DNA of 64,000 bases from the human T2T-CHM13v2.0 reference genome, Homo sapiens, in contig CP086569.2 in the NCBI GenBank assembly GCA_009914755.4, positions 13,952,001 through 14,016,000 on the forward strand, written 5' to 3'. This document shows, one piece after another, positions 48,255 to 64,000 of this stretch. A program made the translations under genes and the position numbers. Each line of letters opens with the position of its first letter. Within the stretch, counting starts at the first letter, position 1. The notes below the pieces were generated by a model, which was given only the letters and a program-made list of their open reading frames with translations, did no database searches and had not been told where the DNA came from.

Positions 48255-50140
48255 CCCTGCTTTCCTTTTTGTGTGTGCTCTCCTGGCGACCAGACCTACG
48301 AGGGGCACCCTCCTGCAGGAGTAAATTTGCCTTGCTGTGCAAATTTATATTCAAGTGCTATTCTTTTTTATTTTGTGGCACCGAAAAATCTGCTTCTAAC
48401 ACAATACAAGGTCACCAGTTTGTTTGCCCCAATAGATAATCCAATGAACGCTGTGAAACAAATTATCAGGTAAAGCTGTTTTTATGGCTGTTTGATATTT
48501 AAAGGCCAAACTTCCCCAGACCTCAAAAACACTGGGCAAAACAGCATCAAAGGAGAGCCTCAGTTGTTAACCAGGCCCCCTGCTTAGAACAGCAGCACAC
48601 AATCCTGGATACATGTAATGCCATCCCTTTTTCCCATTCAACAGTGAACTACAGATTCCAAAGAATATAGTGGCCAAACAGTATTGTAACTGCAAGAGAA
48701 AATTCTAAGGAGGGCTTTGTACTAGACCTCAGAACCTCTGCCAAGGGCTTCTCTTTGGGCGGGTTGAGGTCCAGAGGATGCCCAGGACATCTCCCTGTGG
48801 GGTCCAGTCTTAGATTATAAGACGTCTCTGACCTTAGGTGGGCAATAGTGCTGCTTTGCCTGCATTCACTTCAGAGGTGATGGTCTACTATGAGCTTTCC
48901 TTTGATACCTGGGTGTAATCCCCAACTTTTGGCATCTTTATAAGGTAACAGTCCAAGGAGTTCAGCTTGCCCACTGCCTAGACAGAGTCAATTTATCAAG
49001 TCAGGGGAAATTGCAGTGGAGAAAAAGTAATTTACTCAGAACTGGCTGTGCAGGAGACCAGAGTCTTATTATTCAAATCAGTGTCCTCAGACATTTGGGA
49101 ATCAGTGTTTTTAAAGATACTTTGGCAGGTAAGAGCTTGGGAAGAGGGGACTGCTGATTGGTCAGGTTGAAGATTTCCATCTTCTAGAGGGACGAAGTGA
49201 GTTTTTCTTGCTGTCTTCTATTCCTGGGTGGAATGACAGAACTGGTTGGGCCAGATTACCAGTCTGGGTGGTGTCAGCTGATGCATTAAGTACAGGGTCT
49301 GCAAAATATCTCAAGCACTGATCTTAGGTTTTACAATAGTGATGTTATCCCCAGTAGCAATGTGGGGAGGTTCAAATTCTTAGAGCCCGAGGCTGCATGA
49401 CCTCAAAGCTGTAATTTCTAATCTTGTAGCTATTTTTTTTCAGTCCTGCAAAAGCAAATTGGTTCCTAGAACAGGAAGAGGTTTTTTTGCAGGGGAAATG
49501 GGCAGTTATCAATTTCATTTCAGAGTTCAAGCATCAACTGAATTCCTTGCCAAAGTTAGTGCAGCCTATGCCCAGGAATAAACAAAGACAGCTTAAATGT
49601 TACAAGCAAGACGGAGTCAGTTAGGTCTGATTTTTTTTTGACTGTCATGATTTCCTCAGTTATAATTTTGCAAAGGCAGTTTCAATAATTTGATAAGACC
49701 ACACTTTCCCATGCTTCTGGTTCCATTAGAGTGATAGCCATATAATAATAGAAATTGTATTAATAGAAATAATAGAAACTGTAACATAGAAAGTGGAGGC
49801 TGGGTAGGCTTCTTTTGTCCTTAGCCAGTTGAGTACGGAAGGGAAGAATTTAGCATTAGAAAAGGTTTAAATCACCTGAAACACATGCAAATTTGCTCTG
49901 AGCTGTGTCACATGTAGCAATCAGGCACCACAACCAGAAAAGATAGAAAATAGTCGTTTAGAGTGGCCTGAGCAGAAACCTGCAGTTGCCACGTCTTTAG
50001 CTGCTGCCCACCAAGGGTTCCAGTTGAAAAAAAAAAAGAGAGAGTGAGAGACAGATTCCCTTGTATTGACCACAAAGGAAAAGGAGAAAAATAAATGCCA
50101 AACTCTGGGCTTAACTTCTGGCTGGCTTGCCAAAATATGC

Positions 50141-50845
<705 letters not shown>

Positions 50846-50849
50846 AAGC

Positions 50850-52682
<1,833 letters not shown>

Positions 52683-52907
52683 TGTGCTACCATTTTTGTA
52701 CTTTGCTTCAAATAAATACCTAAATAGTTATAATGTTGATCTTCAACTTTGCCATTCATGCATATATGTATATTAGACTAGGTATCCCACTTTGAAACAT
52801 GAAAGTGTCAAGGCCTTTGAATGGCATTTGCCATTTCTGGAAAATGTATCTGGAGGCTAAATACTGCTTTCTACAAATAACTGCCCCCCTTGTTTTAGAA
52901 AGAAGGA

Positions 52908-53226
52908 ATCAGCCGGGCGCAGTTGCTAACACCTGTAATCCCAGCACTTTGGGAGGCCGAGGTGTGCAGATCACGAGGTCAGGAGTTTGAGACCAGCCTG
53001 GCCAACATAGCAAAGCCGCATCTCTACTAAAAATACAAAAAATTAGCCAGGCATGGTGGGCGCCTGTAATCCCCACTACTCAGGAGACTGAGGCAGGAGA
53101 ATCGTTTAAACCTGGGAGGCGGATGTTGCAGTGAGCCGAGATCACGCCACTGCTCTCCAGCCTGGGCCACACTAGCCCAGGAGATAGTATGAGACTCTGT
53201 CTCAAAAAAAAAAAAAAAAAAAAAAA
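52908..53226 (+). mobile_element. Alu SINE with a 24-nt poly(A)
   Basis: 'agccgggcgcagttgctaacacctgtaatcccagcactttgggaggccgaggtgtgcagatcacgaggtcaggagtttgagacc...' then A24. Confidence 0.9.
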
Positions 53227-53394
53227 GGGAAGAAGAAATGCAATTGAAGTAGATTTCCTTATTTATTTGGCATTATAGGAAACAAACCAGTGCTATGTAT
53301 ATTTAAATGGTCATGTAAGTGAAGCTGAAATGTAAATCTTGATTCAAGAAAATATATTAAGATTGTGTAATGGGTGTAGGACAATTGGTAGGGG

Positions 53395-53815
53395 GTGAAA
53401 ATGGGTTTGGTTAATGTGAGGTCTCTGAGCCCAAGCTAAGCCATCATATCCCCTGTGACCTGCATGTACACATCCAGATGGCTGGTTCCTGCCTTAACTG
53501 ATGACATTCCACCACAAAAGAAGTGAAAATGGCCTGTTCCTGCCTTAACTGATGATATTACCTTCTGAAATTCCTTCTCTGGGCTCATCCTGGCTCAAAA
53601 GCTTCCCAGCTGAGCACCGTGTGACCCCCACCCCTGCCAGCCAGAGAACAACCCCTGCTTTTCCTTTACCTACCCAAATCTTATAAAATGGCCCCACCCC
53701 TATCTCCTTCCACTGACTCTCTTTTCCGACTCAGCCCGCCTGTACCCAGGTGAAATAAACAGCCTTGTTGCTCACACAAAGACTGTTTGGTGGTCTCTTC
53801 ACACAGACATGAGTG
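53395..53815 (+). mobile_element. Solo LTR, ERV1-like (R/U5-type end 'caggtgaaataaacagccttgttgctcacacaaagactgtttggtggtctcttcacacagac')
   Basis: Poly(A)-signal-containing terminus typical of gamma-like HERV LTRs. Internal 45 bp duplication 'gttcctgccttaactgatgaYatt' at 53486 and 53531. Family not assigned. Confidence 0.5.
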
Positions 53816-53880
53816 AAAGTTAAATGGATCTTTTATGGCCCTATGATCTACACTTTCCTTGGAAGCTTTTGAAAAGTGTA

Positions 53881-53904
53881 AAAAAAAATTTTTTTTTTTT
53901 TTTT
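53881..53904. repeat. A8T16 homopolymer junction
   Basis: 'gtgtaaaaaaaaatttttttttttttttttgcatt'. Confidence 0.9.
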
Positions 53905-54029
53905 GCATTTCCCCATTTAAAACAGCAAGAAATCCCAATCCCTTCTAATGGCTTGTATTGAACTTTTATATTTGAATTAAAGATTGTTAAACACCAAAAA
54001 AGCAGATGTTTTTTGTTAAAGACAGTAAG

Positions 54030-54400
54030 AAAAAGTTAAAGACAGTAAGAAAAGACAAAGAAAGTCATTATTTAATGATAAAGGGATCAACTTAGCAAGA
54101 GACTAAAACAATTCTAAATGTATAGGCACCCTACACTGATGCACCCAGATACATAAAATAAGTATTACTAAACAGAAAGAGAGATATATCCCAATACAAT
54201 AATAGTGGGGATGTCAACACTCAACTCACAGCATTAAACAGATCATTTAGATTTTAAAAAATCAACTGTGAAAGGAAGATAAATCTTGGAGCCCCAAAAT
54301 TACTAAGCTAAAGGGGAAAGTCAAACTGGAAACTGCTTAGGGCAAACCTGCCTCCCATTCTATTCAAAGTTATCGCTCTTCTCACTGAGATAGATGCATA
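54030..54400 (+). mobile_element. Old L1 ORF2 endonuclease-region fragment
   Basis: 'DKESHYLMIKGST.QED..I...IGTL' (for KDKEGHYIMVKGSIQQEELTILNIYAPN). 20 bp tandem duplicate 'gttaaagacagtaagaaaa' at 54017-54057. Confidence 0.55.
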
Positions 54401-55264
54401 TCTGATTGCCTCCTTTGGAAAGGCTTATCAGAAACTCAAAAGAATGCAACCATTTGTCTTTCACCTACCTGTGACCTGGAAGCCCCCTCCCTGCTTGAGT
54501 TGTCCCACCTTTCTCAGTGGAAACAATGTGTATCTGACATATTGACAAGTCTTATGTCTCTATAAAGTGTACAAAATCAAGCTGTCCCCTGACCACCTTG
54601 GGCACATGTCAGGACCTCCTGGCACACATCCTTGACCTTGGCAAAATAAACTTTTTAAATTAACAGAGACCTAGTTCAGATATTTTGGGTTCACACAGTA
54701 AAGAAAGACTGGACTTAAATTAGACTTTACACGAAATGAACCTAAAAAGCATTTACAGTATATCTACCCAAGAACTGCAGGTAATTCATTTTGATACGGC
54801 TCCAATGAGTGGAGAAACACCAGGGTTCTTCATCTTGAGTAGAATTGGATAAAACTACACAAACACACATGGAATGGTTTTAAGGAGCAGAGAGTTTAAT
54901 AGGCAAGGAAGAAGGAAGAAGCTCCCCCATACAGAGACAGAGGGAGAGGGATTCCAAGTCATGAGAGGAAACTGTGAGTGTGACAGAAACCAGCCACTTT
55001 TATGAGGAGGCTGGAGGAGGTAGTGTCTAATTTGCATAGGGGTGACGGGATTGGTTTGACCAGGCATGTCATTCACATAGCCCGTGAAAAATCTGGCCCT
55101 CTCACCCTAGCTTTTTAATTGCAAATGCAGGATGCCATGATGTTCTACACATGTGGGGATATGTTGGGGAGGCCATGTTGCCAGGCACATGTTAGGGCAA
55201 GGGCAAGAAGAAGGCAGTGGGAATCACCATGTTTGGGTGTGTAAGAGTTAAAGAAAGAGGAAAG

Positions 55265-56190
55265 AAACATGAAACACAGCTTGGCAGTCAAAGACAGGTT
55301 TTCTTTAGTTAAAACCTAAGAGGCGCCCCTGGCCAATTTCGGTCAGGAGCCCTTTCTCTTACAGACTAAGGGTATATATTGGTTTTAGGGTGGGGGGAGC
55401 TTAGAAGCTTGGAATGTTTATGTGTGTGGAGAAGTTTATGGTGGGGTTGGAATCTCTCTGGGAGGAGGGGAGGTTATCTTGGGGCAGACATCTTACCAGC
55501 CCAGAAGGGGTTATCTCGAGGCTGGCATCTTCCTGGATGGAGAAGGCTTATCTTGGGGCTAACATGTCTCTGGACAAGGAGGAGTCTGAAATGTTTCTCG
55601 TTGGAGATGTTATTTGTGGTTTATGGTCATGCCAACCTTAGCCATTAAGCTGATGCCCTTTGGATTTAGGTGGTTTTTATTAAAGTGAACTTTAGAATTA
55701 GGGGCTTGTCCAAGATGGCAGTGCTCCTGCTCTGTCAATCCAGACCTTATCATTGAAAAAAGGAGGAGAGATGGTGTTTTCATTCTGGTTACTTCCTGCT
55801 GACAAGGGGATGAACGGTTTTCTGGTCTTGGGTTGACTGCAGAAGCAATGCTGTCTGTAGATGGTTTTGGGTAGTTGTTTGTGAAAAGGCCATGATCCTG
55901 TGAGTTAAAAATCTTTGAAAAAGGTAAATTAGGTAGGGTAAGAACATTAGTCCCAAGCATATTGTTAGAAGAGGGGCCAGGAACATGCTACAATTTTGTT
56001 CCCAAACCAAGAATTTATTTGGTTGTTTTGATATTCTTTTAGCTTTTTAGCCCTTTCCTTAAGTTTTTCAGCAGTAATTTTTACTAGGCCTGATTGGTTG
56101 ATACAGAAACAACATACCTTACCTAATGAGAGGCAGAGGTGTGTGTTTAGAAAGGCCTGTGTGTTATTTTCTGTTAGTAACCATTATTCC
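55265..56190 (-). mobile_element. Unclassified ~0.95 kb interspersed repeat, copy C (minus strand, full length like copy A)
   Basis: The reverse complement of 55265-56190 aligns end to end with 24935-25880 ('aataatggttactaacagaaaataacacacaggcctttctaaacacacacctctgcctctcattaggtaagg...cagcaggaagtaaccagaa...gattgacagagcaggagcactgccatcttggacaag...ggccaggggcgcc...gaaaacctgtctttgactg...ctttcctctttctttaactcttaca'). Confidence 0.6.
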
Positions 56191-56989
56191 TGCTATAAGG
56201 ATAATAATTAAGCAAAATGCTACGGTAATTGAGATTTTTTGTCTGATATGCCACCCTGAGGGTGCCACAATATATATTCTATGGCAAATAGTAAATTAAA
56301 CATCTTTTCATAAGAAAAATCTTCAACAAACTAGGTATAGAAGAAATATCTCAAAATAATAGAGGCTATTTATATGACAAACCCACAGCAAACATCACAC
56401 TAGATCTACAGAAGCTGAAAACATTACTTCTAAGAATTAGAAGTGGACAATATTATCCACCTTCACCACTCCTACTCAACATAGTATGGAAATTCCAGCC
56501 AGAACAATCAAGCAAGAGAAAGAGATAAAATGCTTCCAAGTTGGAAAAGAAGTCCTTTTCCTCTTTGCTCATTATATGATCTTATATCTAGAAATAACTA
56601 CAGGTTCACCTAAAAAAAATCAGTAGCATTTCTTTAAATTAAAAATGATCTAGCTGAGAAGGAAATCAAGAGGGAAATCCCATATTCAATAGGAACAAAA
56701 AAAAACCCTAGGGAAATATATTTAACTAAGAAGATTAATTAATTAATTTTAACGAAGAAAAACTTAAAAAAAGATTGATAAAACAAATTGAGGATGACAC
56801 AAATAAACTATCCAATGCTCATGGATAGAAAAAATTAATATTTTTAAAATAACCATACTGCCTGAAGCAATTTATAGGTTCAATGCAATTATATTAACAT
56901 ACAACTGTCATTTTTCACAGAATTAGCAAAAATAATTCTAAAATGTAGATGGAACAAAAAAGGAGCCAGAGTAGCTAAAAGAATCATGA

Positions 56990-59986
<2,997 letters not shown>

Positions 59987-60094
59987 TATATTATAATGTT
60001 ATCATAACAAAAAGCATGGTAGTCACATAAAAATAGACATATAGATCAAAGAAGCAAAATACTGAACCCCAATGTAATGCCACAGATTTACTGC

Positions 60095-61061
60095 TGTAGG
60101 GGTGTGTTGCCCCTCCACACCTGTGGGTGTTTCTCGTAAGGTGGGACGAGAGACTTAGGAAAGAAAAAGACACAGAGACAAAGTACAGAGAAAGAAATAA
60201 GGGGACCCAGGGAACCAGCGTTCAGCATATGGAGGATCCCCCCAGCCTTTGAGTTCCCTTAGTATTTATTCATCATTCGTGGGTGTTTCTTGAAGAGGGG
60301 GATGTGTCAGGGTCACAAGACCATTGTGGGGAGAGGGTCAGCAGACAAACACGGGAACAAAGGTCTTTGCATCATAGACAATGTAAAGGATTAAGTGCTG
60401 TGCTTTTAGATATGCATACACATAAACATCTCAATGCTTTACAAAGCAGATTGCTGCCCGCATGTCCCACCTCCAGCCCTAAGGCGATTTTTCCCTATCT
60501 CAGTAGATGGAACATACAATCGGGTTTTATACCGAGACATTCCATTGCCCAGGGACGGGCAGGAGACAGATGCCTTCCTCTTGTCTCAACTGCAAGAGGC
60601 ATGCCTTCCGCTTATACTAATCCTCCTCAGCACAGACCCTTTACGGGTGTCGGGCTGGGGGACGGTCAAGTCTTTCCCTTCCCACGAGGCCATATTTCAG
60701 ACTATCACATGGGGAGAAACCTTGGACAATACCTGGCTTTCCTAGGCAGAGGTCCCTGCGGCCTTCCGCAGTTTTTGTGTCCCTGGGTACTTGAGATTAG
60801 GGAGTGGTGATGACTCTTAAGGAGCGTGCTGCCTTCAAGCATCTGTTTAACAAAGCACATCTTGCACCGCCCTTAATCCATTTAACTCTGAGTTGACACA
60901 GCACATGTTTCAGAGAGCACGGGGTTGGGGGTAACGTTATAGATTAACAGAATCTCAAGGCAGAAGAATTTTTCTTAGTACAGAACAAAATGGAGTCTCC
61001 TATGTCTACTTCTTTCTACACAGACACAGTAACAATCTGATCTCTCTTGCTTTTCTCCACA
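60095..61061 (-). mobile_element. Solo LTR12-family LTR (HERV9 LTR), minus strand, ~970 bp, 5 bp TSD actgc
   Basis: Reverse complement starts 'tgtggagaaaagcaagagagatcagattgttactgtgtctgtgtagaaagaagtagacataggagactccattttgttctgtactaagaaaaattcttctgccttgagattctgttaatc...' and ends '...ccaccttacgagaaacacccacaggtgtggaggggcaacacacccctaca'. TSD copies at 60090-60094 and 61063-61067. Flanks are L1M on both sides, with no PBS-like sequence. Confidence 0.8.
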
Positions 61062-61127
61062 ACTGCCTGCTGATATTTGACAAAAGTGGATAATAACACA
61101 CATGAGCAGTGTAAGGTCAGCTGAGAG

Positions 61128-61600
61128 AAAGGAAAACTAGACCCAAAGTCAGGCTAGAGAGTTTTTATTGACCTGCCAGTTGCCCCTCTTAACAGTCAAG
61201 GAAAGCAGCCCCAAACTTACAGAATGAGGGGTTTATACTGGGGAGCGGAGTTTGAGGAAGTTCTTTGATATGGCCGCATCCCAGGGTTGTTTGCTGGTTA
61301 ATTTTGCCACATATCACCTTGTGATATTTATTACAGGAGGGTATAGGTAAAGTTTGTTTATGCTTCCCATGACCTCCCCCTTTGTGGTCTGGATGTTTTG
61401 TAATTAGGGTTTGATTATCGCAGCAAGGTCTAATAAGTGAAGTCTGCTGGCTTCATTATGGTGCCCAGATAAGGGCTTAGAAATGTAAAGAGGCTTGGGG
61501 GAAGGGTGGGCAGCACAGAGAAGTGTTGCAGAGCATTAGTGGAGGGGTGGGCAGCACAGAAAGTTTTGTGAGGAGTGTTGGCAGTACCAAGAAGCTTTCT
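61128..61600. mobile_element. Unclassified ~470 bp insertion within the L1M (possible solo LTR or other TE); contains a 2 x ~42 bp tandem repeat at 61500-61590
   Basis: Interrupts the ~30 bp of L1M ORF2 between 'FDKG' and 'SLFNKW'. Internal repeat 'ggtgggcagcacagaRaagt.ttg.agag..ttRg'. No family recognised. Confidence 0.35.
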
Positions 61601-63125
61601 GGGGCAATTTGTCCTCAACAGGTAGAGGGCACCCTTTTCAATAAATGATGCTCAGAAAAGTGAATAGCCACATGCAGAAGAATGAAACTGGATCCATATC
61701 TCACACCATATGCAAAAATCGTACAAGACTAAAATAAAAGACCAAAGATAATAAAATAGTAGAAGAAAACTTATAAAAAACTCTTCTGGACATCAGTTGA
61801 GGTAAATAACACAGGATTAAATCTTCAAAAGTAGAAATAACAGAAACAAAATAGACAAATAAGATTTAATTAAAAGCTAAAAAGCTGCACAGCAAAATAA
61901 TCAATAGAATGAAGAGACAGCCTATTGAATGGGACAAAATATTTGCAAACTATTCCTCTGACAGGGGACTAATATCTAGCACAAAAGAAACTGAAACATT
62001 TCAACAAGAACAAGCAGCAACAGAAAACAAATAATGACTTTAAAAAGTTGGCAAAGAACATGAATTGACTTTTCAAAAAAATCATAAAATGCTCAATGGG
62101 TATATAAAAATGTGCAACATAACTAATTATCAGGTAAATGAAAATCAAAACTAAAATGAGATATCATCTCATTTTAGTCATAAATATTAATATTAATAGA
62201 ATGTGATTACTAAAAAGACAAAAAATAATAGATGCTGATGAAGATGTGCAGAAGAGGGAACTTTAATACACAGGAGGAAATATAAATTAGGATAGTCTCT
62301 ATTGAAAGTGGAATGAAGGTTTTGTAAAGAACTAAAATTAGAACTGCCATTCAATGCAGCAGTTCCAAGACTGGATATCTCCATAAAGGAATGAAATTGA
62401 TATATCAAAAAAGATACCTGCACTTGTAAATTTATTACAGCACTCATTATAGTAGCAAAACTATGGGATGAATCTGAGTGTTTATCAATGAATTAACGGA
62501 TTTTTAAAAATTGGCATAGATACACAATAGAATAGTATTCAGCCATAGACAAGAACAAAATCACGTCTTTTTCAGCAACAAGGATAAAACTGGAGGTCAT
62601 TGTTGTAGGTTAAGTGAAATAGGTCAGTCACAGAAAGACAAATATCTCATGTTCTCATTCACAAGTTATTCTTAGAGAAAGTTGTTCACATAGACATAAA
62701 GAGTAAAATGATACATTATGTAGACTCAGAAGTGTGAAGATATGAGATGAAAAGGATGATGATAAATTGGTTAATGTGTAAAATGTACATTATTTAGGCA
62801 ATGGATACCCTAAAGGACTTAGAACCAACCCAAATGCCCATCAATGACAGACTGGATAAAGAAAATGTGGAATACTATGCAGCCATAAAAAAGAATGAGT
62901 TCATGACCTTTGCAGAGACATGCATGGAGCTGAAAACCATCATTCTTAGCAAACTAACACGGGAACAGAAAGGTAAACATCTTATGTTCTCACTAATAAG
63001 TGGGAGTTGAACAATGAGAACACAAGCACACAGGGAGGGGAGCATCACACACTGGGGCTTATTGGAGTATGGGGCAAAAGGGAAGGGAGAGCATTAGGAC
63101 AAATGCCTAATGCATGCGGGGCTTA

Positions 63126-63548
<423 letters not shown>

Positions 63549-64000
63549 TTAAAAGCCTCAACTTTAACATTCTGCAATCTATGCATGTAACAAAATTCCA
63601 CATGTAGCCCATAAATAGTAAACAAAAATAAAACAAAATTCTACACCATTCCATTTAATTTTACTATTTGCTGGATTTCTTGAATTCTTTCCTTGTAAAC
63701 AATAGACTTTTGCATTGTGAATTCATTTTCAGTGAAAATTTAACTCTAGGAAACCTGTGTGTATCTCACTGCAATATATCTTTAATTTTTTATAGTTATT
63801 CCACTCATCACATAGTTAAGAGTAAGTTTTGAATTTTTTAATTAGAAATTCAAATATTATGTAGGAAGAGTAAATAGAAAACCAAACCTTGTGATAACAA
63901 ACTTAGGCAGCAACTTTTCATGGAAGAGAGATTTTTCCCATCCAAAATTGAAGTTGTAATAAAATTTCTTATCAGCTCCTTGTCTAAAGTCTTTCTTCTC

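Overview
This window is not prokaryotic. It is primate (human-type) intergenic DNA, AT-rich, with roughly three quarters of its length occupied by recognisable transposable elements.

What I can read directly from the sequence:
- About 24 Alu SINE copies or fragments, most with identifiable target-site duplications.
- At least ten LINE-1 pieces. These include a full-length ~6.3 kb L1PA-type element (27890-34195), a young 5'-truncated L1 almost identical to the L1HS/L1PA2 consensus (57047-59986), and a ~4.5 kb older L1PA on the minus strand (12118-17195).
- A degraded endogenous-retrovirus pol region (RT, RNase H, integrase; ~9000-11500).
- Several solo LTRs: a MaLR/MLT1-like LTR (6038-6452), an LTR12/HERV9 LTR (60095-61061), and others I cannot name.
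- A rearranged fragment of a processed pseudogene of SFPQ (~50850-52345).
- Microsatellites and homopolymer runs.

I cannot support any intact protein-coding gene, RNA gene, CRISPR array or operon-like structure. Every long ORF in the supplied track is L1 ORF1/ORF2 debris, ERV pol debris, Alu read-through or the SFPQ pseudogene. The premise of a novel biological system is therefore not supported by the sequence.

What is worth a second look is structural: nested insertions that give a relative chronology, local segmental rearrangements (including an ORF1 segment copied into an L1 5'UTR), and a few medium-copy repeat families I could not classify by eye.

All coordinates for element ends are read by eye and are approximate to within about 5-20 bp.
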